The notes beneath the pieces are model-generated. The model was not told the origin of the DNA. It did no database searches and saw only the letters and a program-made list of their open reading frames with translations. This document shows, piece by piece, positions 47,501-56,679 of a stretch of DNA of 64,000 bases (its first letter is position 1; each line of letters starts with the position of its first letter). The position numbers and the translations under genes were made by a program. Source of the DNA: Comamonadaceae bacterium (GTDB taxonomy: Bacteria; Pseudomonadota; Gammaproteobacteria; Burkholderiales; Burkholderiaceae_C); the NCBI GenBank assembly GCA_013823485.1, contig PNMF01000001.1, forward strand, positions 26,693-90,692, given 5' to 3'.

Positions 47501-49060
47501 TCAGACCGGCACGCTCGGGCACAGCACCGGCGTGGCATCGATCCGCAGGGTGCGCGTCACCTCCCGGTAGAGCCCGTCGGCAGAGCCGAGCTGACGCACC
47601 CGCAGGACCCGTGACGGCTCCAGATCGGCCGGGTTGCCGCCCAGGGCGAGGTCGATGACCACCTCGCCCCCCGCCGGTGTGATGGCGGTGGCCGGCGGAT
47701 CGGCCCAGTCGACCCCGAAGGCTTCGCCGTTGGGCACCGCAAAACGCAGACGGTAGACGGTGCTGCGGTCGATGCACACCTGGAGGCTCACCACCGGGGT
47801 CCCGAACGGCGGTGACGACACGCCGGTCACCGAGCCGATGACCGTATCCGCCGGCAAGGACGGCGGGCGGTTGACCGTTGCATCCACCAGCTGGAACGGC
47901 TGGTTGGCGAAAGCCAGCATCGGCACGTCGATCGAACCGGCCAGGGTGTTTGCGCTTTCCGGCACGCTGTAGCGCAGGGCGTAGCGGCCGGGCGTCGACA
48001 CCCGGACCAACGGCTGGCCGCTGGCATTGACCGCCTGGGACAGCACGATCACACCGTCCGCCACCGACCAGGTGCCGCCGCCGGTGCCCATGTGCCCGGG
48101 TGTCAGGCCCAGGATCATGGGGATCTCGCTGGTCTGCCAGCGCGACTCCCGCAACAACGGATCGGCGGGCAGGCCCAGGGTCGGCGCGGCCTTGGCCACC
48201 TGCACCGTGGCGCTCACGCTCGCTCCCCCGAAGCCACCCTGCGCCGGCTGGGTGGCGGTGATCACCGCGGTGCCCGCCCCCCTGACCACCAGCTGGCTAC
48301 CGCTCACCTCCACCACCTGCGGCTGGCTGCTGCTGAAGACGAAGGGGGCCGGGTTGTCGCTGGACGGCGCCACCAGCAGCGACGGCGCGGCGCCGTACAC
48401 CAGCCCCTGGGGCGGCACCAGCGGGCCGACCACCGGCTGTTGCAGGTTCACCAGCAGGCGCGCGGTGGCGGTGGCGGCGGTGTAGTCGCCGGTGGCCGCC
48501 TGGGTGGCGGTGATGACGGCCTCGCCGCTGCCCAGGACGGTGAGCTGGTTGCCCACCACGCTGGCCACGGCCGGGGCGCTGCTGCTGAAGCTGAAGGCCC
48601 CCGGGCTGCTGGAGACCGGCGGGGTCAGCGTGACCGGAGCACCCGCCAGACCCACCGGCGGCAGCACCCAGGGCTGCAGCACCGGCACGCCGGCCGCCAG
48701 CCGGACCCGGTAACTGGCCCGGGCCAGCGGGAAGAACCCCTGCGGGGCCTGCACCGCAGTGATGATGACCTCCCCCTGGCGCAGCGGCGTGACCAGACCG
48801 GAACCCGCCTGCACCGACGCCACCGCCGGGTCGCTGCTGCTGTAGCTGATGGCACCCTTGCTGCCGGCGACGGTGGCGGTCTGGGTGAAGCTGCCGGCAT
48901 TCCAGACCCGGGACATCTCGGCCTGCCGGAAGGCCAGCTGCGGCACGCTGCCGGCGGTGGCACCCACCACGGCCACCTGGGCCGGCGCCTGCAGCGGCCA
49001 GGTCGCTGCGAGCAGGCAGGACAACACCCCTGCAAGCCAGAAAGAACGGACGGTTTTCAT
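47501..49060 (-). CDS. exported protein with tandem bacterial Ig-like (Big_2-type) repeats
   Basis: Signal peptide; three repeats YSSSDPAVASV..GEVIITAVQ / FSSSAPAVASV..GEAVITATQ / FSSSQPQVVEV..GTAVITATQ; two Cys in the C-terminal domain. Confidence 0.75.
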   Translation of the reverse strand: MKTVRSFWLAGVLSCLLAATWPLQAPAQVAVVGATAGSVPQLAFRQAEMSRVWNAGSFTQTATVAGSKGAISYSSSDPAVASVQAGSGLVTPLRQGEVIITAVQAPQGFFPLARASYRVRLAAGVPVLQPWVLPPVGLAGAPVTLTPPVSSSPGAFSFSSSAPAVASVVGNQLTVLGSGEAVITATQAATGDYTAATATARLLVNLQQPVVGPLVPPQGLVYGAAPSLLVAPSSDNPAPFVFSSSQPQVVEVSGSQLVVRGAGTAVITATQPAQGGFGGASVSATVQVAKAAPTLGLPADPLLRESRWQTSEIPMILGLTPGHMGTGGGTWSVADGVIVLSQAVNASGQPLVRVSTPGRYALRYSVPESANTLAGSIDVPMLAFANQPFQLVDATVNRPPSLPADTVIGSVTGVSSPPFGTPVVSLQVCIDRSTVYRLRFAVPNGEAFGVDWADPPATAITPAGGEVVIDLALGGNPADLEPSRVLRVRQLGSADGLYREVTRTLRIDATPVLCPSVPV

Positions 49061-49065
49061 GGAGT

Positions 49066-50469
49066 TCAACGGCCTTTGATGGTGAAGCTGATGCGCATGA
49101 CGATGACGCCCTGCACGGGGTCGTTGACCGAGGCGAAGTCGGCCTCGTAGGTGAGTTGCTGGCCTGCGCCGGGGTTGGGGATGTTGTCGAGCTGGATCAC
49201 CACCTGGTTGCCCGAGAGCAGCAGGAAAGGCTGTCCGTTGATGCCCACATTGGCCACCGTGGCCGCGTTCTCCAGCGTGCGCAGGTCGACCAGCCCCTGG
49301 GCCGCCAGCTCCAGCGTGAACAGGAGCTGCCCGCCGACGATGGCCACGCCATAACCGGGCGCCACCAGCGAGGTGTCGATGGCCGCCAGGGCCTGGGGCT
49401 GCAGGGTGCGGTCGACCCTGGCCAGCACGGTGCGGGGCAGCTGGGCCGGCCGCTGCGACGCCAGCTGCAGGCGCGCCACGCCGGCCTGTGCGCGCAGCGG
49501 GGTGCGGGCACAGCTTGCCAAGGCCGGTACGCCAGCCGTGGCGGACCCGCCGACCGGCACCCGCCAGCCCAGCGACAACCGGGTTTCAGCCGGCTGGGGT
49601 TGCTGCACCGACCGGGACAGCCCCAGCTGCCATTGGCCCGACTCCCACACCAGCCCGAGGGTGCGGCTGGCGGTGGTCGAGGCGAGGTTCAGGCCGACGC
49701 GGCGGCAGCCGTCGAGGTCCTGGAGCCAGCCGAGGCGGCCCACCAGCCGGGTGGAACCGGCATCGGTGCCGTCGGCCATGGGAAAGCGGGTCCGCTCGCG
49801 GCCCAAGGCCAGGTCCAGCCGCGCATCGGACACGGGAAACAAGCCGACCGCCAGATCGGTGCCCAGCATCTGTCCGGGCGACAGACGCCGCACATCGGTG
49901 CTGGCCTGCAGGATGGCGCCGGTGCGGCTCTGGATCACCACCGGCGCCAGCGCCGGCACCCGGGCACGGGCGCCGTACATGGTCCAGCGGGCGTCGCCCC
50001 ACAGGCCTTGCGCCGGGCCGTCGCGCACCAGGCTGGCCAGCCAGGCGTCCTGCTGCACCCGCACATCGGCCGGGCCGGACGCAAAGCTGTAGGCGTCGGT
50101 GCTTTGCAGCCGGCCCAGCGAGAGGCGACCATGCCAGCCCTCCACCGGGCTGTGCACCAGGTTGCCCACCAGGTCGCGGAAGTCGCCGGTGCGCCCGGCC
50201 GCCAGGTTGAAGCCGACCGCCCAACGATCCCCCACCAGCCAGCCCGCGTCCACGCCGAACTGCTGGCGGTAGCGCGACGAATGCACCAGCCGGGCGTCGA
50301 TGCGGTGGCTTTCGTCTTCGGTGCTGTAGCGGGTGGCCTGGGCGCCGATCTGCCAGGGCCCGAGGTTCAGGGCCGGGAGGCTGCCCGGTTCGGCAGCGGC
50401 TGCCACAGCGGTGGCGGTCATGCCCACGGTCAGCGTGAACAGGGCGGCGGCGGAGAAAGGTGTTCTCAT
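49066..50469 (-). CDS. putative outer-membrane beta-barrel protein with C-terminal beta-rich domain (inverse autotransporter-like)
   Basis: Signal peptide; many amphipathic strands (FGVDAGW, WAVGFNL, ARLDLALG, LVGRLGW, WQLGLSR, RLSLGWRVP); no terminal Phe. Confidence 0.55.
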   Translation of the reverse strand: MRTPFSAAALFTLTVGMTATAVAAAAEPGSLPALNLGPWQIGAQATRYSTEDESHRIDARLVHSSRYRQQFGVDAGWLVGDRWAVGFNLAAGRTGDFRDLVGNLVHSPVEGWHGRLSLGRLQSTDAYSFASGPADVRVQQDAWLASLVRDGPAQGLWGDARWTMYGARARVPALAPVVIQSRTGAILQASTDVRRLSPGQMLGTDLAVGLFPVSDARLDLALGRERTRFPMADGTDAGSTRLVGRLGWLQDLDGCRRVGLNLASTTASRTLGLVWESGQWQLGLSRSVQQPQPAETRLSLGWRVPVGGSATAGVPALASCARTPLRAQAGVARLQLASQRPAQLPRTVLARVDRTLQPQALAAIDTSLVAPGYGVAIVGGQLLFTLELAAQGLVDLRTLENAATVANVGINGQPFLLLSGNQVVIQLDNIPNPGAGQQLTYEADFASVNDPVQGVIVMRISFTIKGR

Positions 50470-50640
50470 GGTCTGACCGGCGGGCGGGCCGGTAGGCTGG
50501 TGGGGCCGCAAGGGCAAAGCCCTGGATGCTCGCCGGCCGGCCCAGGTCAAGTCATGCGCCAATCACAACGTATCGACTTCGTTCGTGATTTACCGACCGA
50601 TGACATTGGTTCGATGCCTTGCGTGATACCGTCCGCAGCC

Positions 50641-51966
50641 ATGCCGAAAACCCTTCGCTACACCCTCATCTCGCTGCGCGAGATGCTGCTGTCCTTCGGG
50701 CCGTTTGCCCTGCTGACCGTGGCCCTGCTGGTGGCCGCCTACTGGTGGCTCAACCCGACCCCGCCCAAAACTGTGGTGCTGGCCACCGGCCCGGCGCAGA
50801 GCGCCTACGAAACCTTCGGACGGCGTTATGCGGAAGCGCTGGCGCGAGAAGGCATCACGGTTGAACTGCTGCAGACCGAGGGCTCTTCGGACAACCTGGA
50901 GCGGCTGCGCCGGGGCGAAGCGGACATCGGCTTCGTGCAGGGCGGCACCGGCAACATTTCAGAGGCCGACACCGAGGACCTCGCGTCGCTGGGCAGCCTG
51001 TTCGTCGAACCGCTGTGGGTCTTCTACCGCGAAGAACGGGCGCGCCAGCTGCGCCGCAGCGGCACGCTGGAGACCCTGTCCGACCTGCGGGGCTGGCGGG
51101 TGAACGTGGGCACGGCCGGCAGCGGCGTGCCCCGGTTGTTCGAGACCTTGCTGGAGGTCAACCGCATGGCGCCGCGCGACCTGCGGCTGAGCCAGCTGGA
51201 ACAGACACCGGCCACGGTCGCCTTTCTGGACGGCGAGCTGGACGCGCTGGTGTTTGCCTCGGCACCGGAGTCGCTGATGGTGCAGATGCTGCTGCAGACG
51301 CCCGGCGTGCGGCTGATGGACTTCACCCAGAACGAGGCCTATTCGCGCCGCTTCGCCTACCTGACACCGGTGGTCATGCCCCAGGGCATGGTGGACCTCT
51401 CGGCCAACATCCCGCCCCGCCGGGTGCGGCTGGTGGCCTCGACCACCAGCCTGCTGGCCCGGGCCGACACCCACCCGGCCGTGCTGCAGCTGTTCTCGCA
51501 GACGGCCACCCGGCTGCACGGCAGCGCCGGCTGGTTCAGCAGGGCGCGCGAATACCCCAGCCTGGAGCACAGCGAGATACCGGTGGCCGACGAGGCACAG
51601 CGCGCCATCCGGGGCGGGCAGCCCTTCCTGCAGCGCTACCTGCCGTTCTGGCTGGCCAACCTGATCGAGCGCATGTGGCTGGCCATGGGTCTGATCATTG
51701 CGCTGGCGCTGCCGCTCTCGCGCATCATCCCGCCGCTCTACACCTTCCGCATCCGCTCGCGGGTGTTCCGCTGGTACGCCGAGCTGCGCGACATCGAGCA
51801 ACGCCACGAATCGGGCGAGGCGGCCGACCGGCTGCTGGAGCAGATCGACACCATGGAGACCAAGGTGGAGAAGGTGGTGGTGCCCCTGAGCTACACCGAC
51901 GAGCTCTACGCCCTGCGCAGCAACATCCACCTGGTGCGCAAGAAGCTGTTGCGCAAGGCCGCCTGA
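50641..51966 (+). CDS. TAXI-family TRAP solute-binding-like protein with N- and C-terminal TM segments
   Basis: 3' part of the 49156..51966 frame: LATGPAQSAY, TEGSSDNL, GFVQGG, EPLWVFY, LQRYLPFW. Confidence 0.82.
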   Translation: MPKTLRYTLISLREMLLSFGPFALLTVALLVAAYWWLNPTPPKTVVLATGPAQSAYETFGRRYAEALAREGITVELLQTEGSSDNLERLRRGEADIGFVQGGTGNISEADTEDLASLGSLFVEPLWVFYREERARQLRRSGTLETLSDLRGWRVNVGTAGSGVPRLFETLLEVNRMAPRDLRLSQLEQTPATVAFLDGELDALVFASAPESLMVQMLLQTPGVRLMDFTQNEAYSRRFAYLTPVVMPQGMVDLSANIPPRRVRLVASTTSLLARADTHPAVLQLFSQTATRLHGSAGWFSRAREYPSLEHSEIPVADEAQRAIRGGQPFLQRYLPFWLANLIERMWLAMGLIIALALPLSRIIPPLYTFRIRSRVFRWYAELRDIEQRHESGEAADRLLEQIDTMETKVEKVVVPLSYTDELYALRSNIHLVRKKLLRKAA

Positions 51967-52002
51967 ACCGGCGCCCGACCTGCGCACGGCCCGGGGCGAG
52001 CC

Positions 52003-54105
52003 TCAGGTCTTGCCGGAGGCCGACGAGTTCCGCAGGGCCTGCTGGGCCACCGCGTCCAGCGCGTCGTCCACCACGCTCTGGCGGGCGATCATGCGCAGCC
52101 GGTCCTGATCGATCAGGCGGTCCAGGTTGCGGCGCGTCATCGACACCGACTTGCCGGTGGCCGTGTTGAACAGGTAGAGCGTGCCGTGCGGGCTGGCCCA
52201 GGTGATCTGGCAGCGGGTGGTCACGCCGTCCAGCGGCATCTCGAACCAGGCCCCCACCGTCAGCTCCACCGGCAGGCGGCTCTCCATGACACGGGTATCG
52301 GGCTGGGCGTCGGGCAGTTCACCCGGCGGCAGCGGCTGGGTGTTTTCGTAGGCCGGCGGCTGGGTCTCGGGCGGCAGGTCGGTCATGAAGCCGGTGTCCT
52401 TGGCTTCCTGGCTCTGCATCCACATCGACACGTCTTCCACGTCCTGGCGGCTGGGCGGGTTGTCCTCCGGCACGCCGGGTCGCTGGGTCTTGTAGGCCGC
52501 CTCGTGCAGGCCCATCAGCGCCTGGAAGAAACCTTCGGTGGCGGCACGCGGGTAGTCGATGGAATCCAGCCCCTCGCGCAGCGTGCGCAGGATGACCGGG
52601 ATCACCTTCACCAGCCGGGGGCGGTTCAGGCTGGCCAGCCCCACCTGGCAGGACCACAGCAGATCGATGATGACCTCGGAATAGCGGCGCGAGGCGGCAT
52701 CGGCCGGCAGCAGCGGCGGGCGGGCCCCTTCTTCGAGCCGGGCCTGGGCCACCACCTGGGCCCACGGGCCGGTCAGGAAGCGGCGGACCACGCCGGGTGC
52801 CTTGGGGAAGTCCTTGAGATCGCGGAATTCGTGCACCAGGCGTTCGGCCAGCAGATTGCGCTGCTCCACCCGCACCAGCGTGTTGACCGCCAGGCCGCGC
52901 GCCTCCTGGGATGGCTCGACCGCCCGGGTGCTGAAGCGCTGCAGCCGCTCCAGCAGCTCGGGAAAGCGCTCGGGCACATCGTCACCCGAGCGCAGCAGGG
53001 CGCGCTGGATGCCTCGGATCTCGGCGGCAAACGGTGCGTAGCCGGATTCGGCCTCGCTCTTGAAACCGAGCGAACGCTCGATGACGGCGTCCAGCAGCCG
53101 ACGGGCCGGGTTGTGGCGATCGGCAAAGAAACGCGGGTCGGCGCGGGCCAGGTCGATCAGCGCCGGCTTCATGCCGTGCAGGATGTCCCGGATCGGCTGG
53201 AGGATGCGCTTGTCGTCGGTGATCTGCCGCATCATGAGCGTCACCACCTCGCTGGCCAGGTTGCGGACCATCGCCTGGTTGACCTGCTGCGGCTCGCTGC
53301 CCGACTCTTCCGGGCCCAGGTTGCCCACCAGCAGGCGGTGCAGCTGGTCCAGCGTCAGCAGCGGGTCGCCCGGCATGCTGCGCTCGCCCGGCTTGAGCGT
53401 CTTGGTCTCGCCACGGCGCGAGCGCGGGCCCGACACCGAATTCGGGCTGGAGCGGCTCGCGGCGAACGGGCGGGTCACGCCGAAGCCCACCGGCCGCACA
53501 CCGTTCTCGTCCAGTTTTTCGATCAGTCCGAGGAAGACACCGGCCAGCTGCTCGCCCAGTGCGGCAGCGCCCGCCTTCAGCCAGCGGCCACGCACCGATG
53601 CCTCGACACGGTCGGCCTTCATGGCCCTCGACAGGGCACCGATGAACGCCGACGGGCGCAGCGGGTTGGCGTCCGGATTGATCTGCTGCAGGCCCAGCGC
53701 ACTGCACATGCGGGCGTTGAGTTCGGCGTCGAGGTCTTCGAGCGTCATCTCCACCACTTGCTGGAGCCGGGCGAACTCCACGGTTTCCTGCACCTGGTCG
53801 TCGCCCATGAGTTCGAGCTCGTCGAAGCTCACCCGGGGTTTGCCGTCCTGTCCGGCGCCGGCCTGCTGCGGCCGGGTGCTGGCCTCCAGCTCGGCCCGGT
53901 AGGCCTCGACCAGCGACTCGCGGTGCCGGTCGGCCTCCAGACGGGCCGTGTTGAGCGCCTTGCGCTCCATGGCACCCGGCTCGGCGGCTTCGAGGTTCTT
54001 CAGGGAAACACTGACCTGGTCGAGCCAGCGCGGCAGCCAGTTCGCAGTCTGGGACAGTGCATCCTGGATGTAGACGTCGACTTCAGGCCTGACGGTGGCA
54101 TTCAT
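52003..54105 (-). CDS. DUF1631 family protein
   Basis: LELMGDDQVQE, NPLRP, DPRFFADRHNPARRLLD, FLTGPWAQV; C-terminal VGAWFEM...WASPHGTLYLF. Confidence 0.75.
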   Translation of the reverse strand: MNATVRPEVDVYIQDALSQTANWLPRWLDQVSVSLKNLEAAEPGAMERKALNTARLEADRHRESLVEAYRAELEASTRPQQAGAGQDGKPRVSFDELELMGDDQVQETVEFARLQQVVEMTLEDLDAELNARMCSALGLQQINPDANPLRPSAFIGALSRAMKADRVEASVRGRWLKAGAAALGEQLAGVFLGLIEKLDENGVRPVGFGVTRPFAASRSSPNSVSGPRSRRGETKTLKPGERSMPGDPLLTLDQLHRLLVGNLGPEESGSEPQQVNQAMVRNLASEVVTLMMRQITDDKRILQPIRDILHGMKPALIDLARADPRFFADRHNPARRLLDAVIERSLGFKSEAESGYAPFAAEIRGIQRALLRSGDDVPERFPELLERLQRFSTRAVEPSQEARGLAVNTLVRVEQRNLLAERLVHEFRDLKDFPKAPGVVRRFLTGPWAQVVAQARLEEGARPPLLPADAASRRYSEVIIDLLWSCQVGLASLNRPRLVKVIPVILRTLREGLDSIDYPRAATEGFFQALMGLHEAAYKTQRPGVPEDNPPSRQDVEDVSMWMQSQEAKDTGFMTDLPPETQPPAYENTQPLPPGELPDAQPDTRVMESRLPVELTVGAWFEMPLDGVTTRCQITWASPHGTLYLFNTATGKSVSMTRRNLDRLIDQDRLRMIARQSVVDDALDAVAQQALRNSSASGKT

Positions 54106-54210
54106 GGTGGGGTTTCCCGGGCAATGGCATTGGGCTGACAAATGCCCAGTACCGTATTTTGCCCCGCGAAGGCATTCAATACTCCGTAGGGAGTAGCGGG
54201 CGCCGACGGG

Positions 54211-54756
54211 TCAGGACTTATTCCACAGTCGGGCCCAGCCGTCGTGGCCCAGATCGCGCAGCGTCTTCATGTTGCGCTCGACGATGGCGTCGGCATCACC
54301 GGCATCGGTGGCCACGGCGCGTTCCACGCTCTCTTCCCGCAGCAGGTGCAGGATCGGGAAGGGAGAACGGTTGGTCGCGTTGGTGATGTCGTCCGGCTCG
54401 GTGCCCTCGAACTGGAACAGCGGGTGGAACGGCGCCACCTGGATCACGCCCTCCAGGTCGTGCTCGGCCACCACATCGTCGACCACGCCCAGAAAGTCGT
54501 TGAACTGCCCGAAGTCGGGAAACAGCGCCGGGTGCACCAGCAAGGTGGTGTCGATCTGCTCGGCCGGTGTGGTGGCCAGCAGGTCGAGTTCGCGGTCGAG
54601 CTCGTCCAGGAAGGCATCCACATGCCGGGCGCGGCTCACCACCACACGCACCTGGTCGCGCACCCAGACCGCGCGGGCGAACGGGCAGAGGTTCAGGCCG
54701 ATCACGGCCTTCTCCACCCATTCGCGGGTCTGGGCCAGAACCTGTTCGTCGGTCAT
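54211..54756 (-). CDS. DUF1415 family protein
   Basis: WVEKAVIGLNLCPFA, TTLLVHP, IQVAPFHP, TNRSPFPILHLLRE. Confidence 0.9.
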   Translation of the reverse strand: MTDEQVLAQTREWVEKAVIGLNLCPFARAVWVRDQVRVVVSRARHVDAFLDELDRELDLLATTPAEQIDTTLLVHPALFPDFGQFNDFLGVVDDVVAEHDLEGVIQVAPFHPLFQFEGTEPDDITNATNRSPFPILHLLREESVERAVATDAGDADAIVERNMKTLRDLGHDGWARLWNKS

Positions 54757-56417
54757 CAGGCCAGGCTCTTGAAGCGGGCCCGCTTGGGCTTGGCACCCTC
54801 TTCGCCCAGGCGCTTCTTCTTGTCGGCCTCGTACTCCTGGTAGTTGCCGTTGAAGAAGGTCCACTGGCTGTCGCCCTCGGCGGCCAGGATGTGGGTGCAG
54901 ATGCGGTCCAGGAACCAGCGGTCGTGGCTGACCACCAGGGCGCTGCCGGCAAACTCCAGCAGGGCCTCTTCCAGCGCACGCAGGGTTTCCACGTCCAGAT
55001 CGTTGGACGGCTCGTCCAGCAGCAGCACGTTGCCGCCTTCGGCCAGCATCTTGGCCAGGTGCAGACGACCCCGCTCGCCGCCCGAGAGGTTCTTCACCAG
55101 CTTCTGCTGGTCGCCGCCCGAGAAGTTGAAGCGGCCGCAGTAAGCGCGGCTGGGCATCTGGAACTTGCCCACGGTGATCATGTCCAGGCCGCCCGAGACG
55201 TCCTGCCACACCGTCTTGTCGCCCTCCAGGCCTTCACGGGTCTGGTCCACCGCCGCGATCTTGACGGTCTGGCCGATCTTGACCGTGCCGCTGTCCGGCG
55301 TCTCCTTGCCGGTGATCAGCTTGAACAGCGTGGACTTGCCGGCACCGTTGGGGCCGATGATGCCCACGATGGCACCCGCCGGCACCGAGAAGCTCAGGTT
55401 GTCGATCAGCACCCGGTCACCGAAGGACTTGCTCACGCCCTGGAATTCGATCACCTCATTGCCCAGGCGCTCGGCCACCGGAATGAAGATCTCGTTGGTC
55501 TCGTTGCGCTTCTGGTATTCGACGTCGCTCAGCTCCTCGAAGCGGGCCAGACGCGCCTTGCTCTTGGCCTGGCGGCCCTTGGGGTTCTGCCGCACCCACT
55601 CCAGTTCCTTCTTCATGGCCTTGGTGCGGGCGTCTTCGGTGCGCTGCTCCTGCTCCAGGCGGGCTTCCTTCTGCTCCAGCCAGGTGGAGTAGTTGCCCTT
55701 GTACGGAATGCCCTGGCCACGGTCGAGTTCCAGAATCCACTCGGCCGCGTTGTCCAGGAAGTAGCGGTCGTGGGTGATGGCCACCACGGTGCCGGAGAAG
55801 CGCTGCAGGAACACCTCCAGCCAGTCCACCGACTCGGCGTCCAGGTGGTTGGTGGGTTCGTCCAGCAGCAGCATGTCGGGCTTGGACAGCAGCAGGCAGC
55901 ACAGGGCCACGCGGCGCTTCTCGCCGCCGGACAGCACGCCGATCTTCGCGTCCCAGGGCGGCAGACGCAGGGCGTCGGCGGCGATCTCGAGCTGGTGCTC
56001 GGAGTCGGTGCCGGCGGTGGAAATGATGGCTTCGAGCTGGGCCTGCTCGGCGGCCAGGGCGTCGAAGTCGGCGTCTTCCTCGGCGTAGGCGGCGTACACC
56101 TCTTCCAGCCGCTTCTGGGCGGCACGCACGCCGCTCATGCTGGCCTCCACCGCCTCGCGCACGGTCTGTTCCGGGTCGAGCTGCGGCTCCTGCGGCAGGT
56201 AGCCGATGCGGATGCCCGGCATGGGGATGGCCTCGCCTTCGATCTCCTTGTCGATGCCGGCCATGATCTTGAGCAGCGTCGACTTGCCGGAACCGTTGGT
56301 GCCCAGCACACCGATCTTGGCGCCGGGGAAGAACGAGAGCGAGATGTCCTTGAGGATCTGGCGCTTGGGCGGCACGATCTTGCCGACCCGGTTCATGGAA
56401 AAGACGTATTGGGCCAT
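54756..56417 (-). CDS. ettA: energy-dependent translational throttle ABC-F protein EttA
   Basis: MAQYVFSMNRVGKIVPPKRQILKDISLSFFPGAKIG; two ABC domains; ELEWVRQNPKGRQAKSKAR linker. Confidence 0.96.
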   Translation of the reverse strand: MAQYVFSMNRVGKIVPPKRQILKDISLSFFPGAKIGVLGTNGSGKSTLLKIMAGIDKEIEGEAIPMPGIRIGYLPQEPQLDPEQTVREAVEASMSGVRAAQKRLEEVYAAYAEEDADFDALAAEQAQLEAIISTAGTDSEHQLEIAADALRLPPWDAKIGVLSGGEKRRVALCCLLLSKPDMLLLDEPTNHLDAESVDWLEVFLQRFSGTVVAITHDRYFLDNAAEWILELDRGQGIPYKGNYSTWLEQKEARLEQEQRTEDARTKAMKKELEWVRQNPKGRQAKSKARLARFEELSDVEYQKRNETNEIFIPVAERLGNEVIEFQGVSKSFGDRVLIDNLSFSVPAGAIVGIIGPNGAGKSTLFKLITGKETPDSGTVKIGQTVKIAAVDQTREGLEGDKTVWQDVSGGLDMITVGKFQMPSRAYCGRFNFSGGDQQKLVKNLSGGERGRLHLAKMLAEGGNVLLLDEPSNDLDVETLRALEEALLEFAGSALVVSHDRWFLDRICTHILAAEGDSQWTFFNGNYQEYEADKKKRLGEEGAKPKRARFKSLA

Positions 56418-56679
56418 GTGAGCCTGTGTGAATGGATGAAAAAAAGGGGGGCGGGCCACCGGCAGCGGCGGCGCAGAACCCCGGATTATCCCCGCATGCC
56501 ACAATACGGACCTTGCGGGCACATCAGTCGGCCCGCAACCAGCCCTCTGCTGGGGCGCCCCACCCTTCCCCGGGCGGCGCCAGACCCTGAATCCACCGAC
56601 CCTGCACTGAACGGCCCGCCTCCACGGCAGACCGATGTGGCCGGTGATCCCAGCGCCCTGGACGGGCGCCTCAAACGAC

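Noticed and set aside
49156-50640. 936-aa version of the TAXI protein
   Set aside because: The first 495 codons are antisense to the beta-barrel gene; TAXI features start at the ATG at 50641.
54218-54228. TTATTCCACAG as a DnaA box
   Set aside because: Imperfect, isolated and explained by the codons at the end of the DUF1415 gene.
56418-56679. Riboswitch or ncRNA between ettA and rhlE
   Set aside because: The 262-nt spacer may be a structured leader, but I recognise no family consensus; an Rfam/Infernal search is needed.
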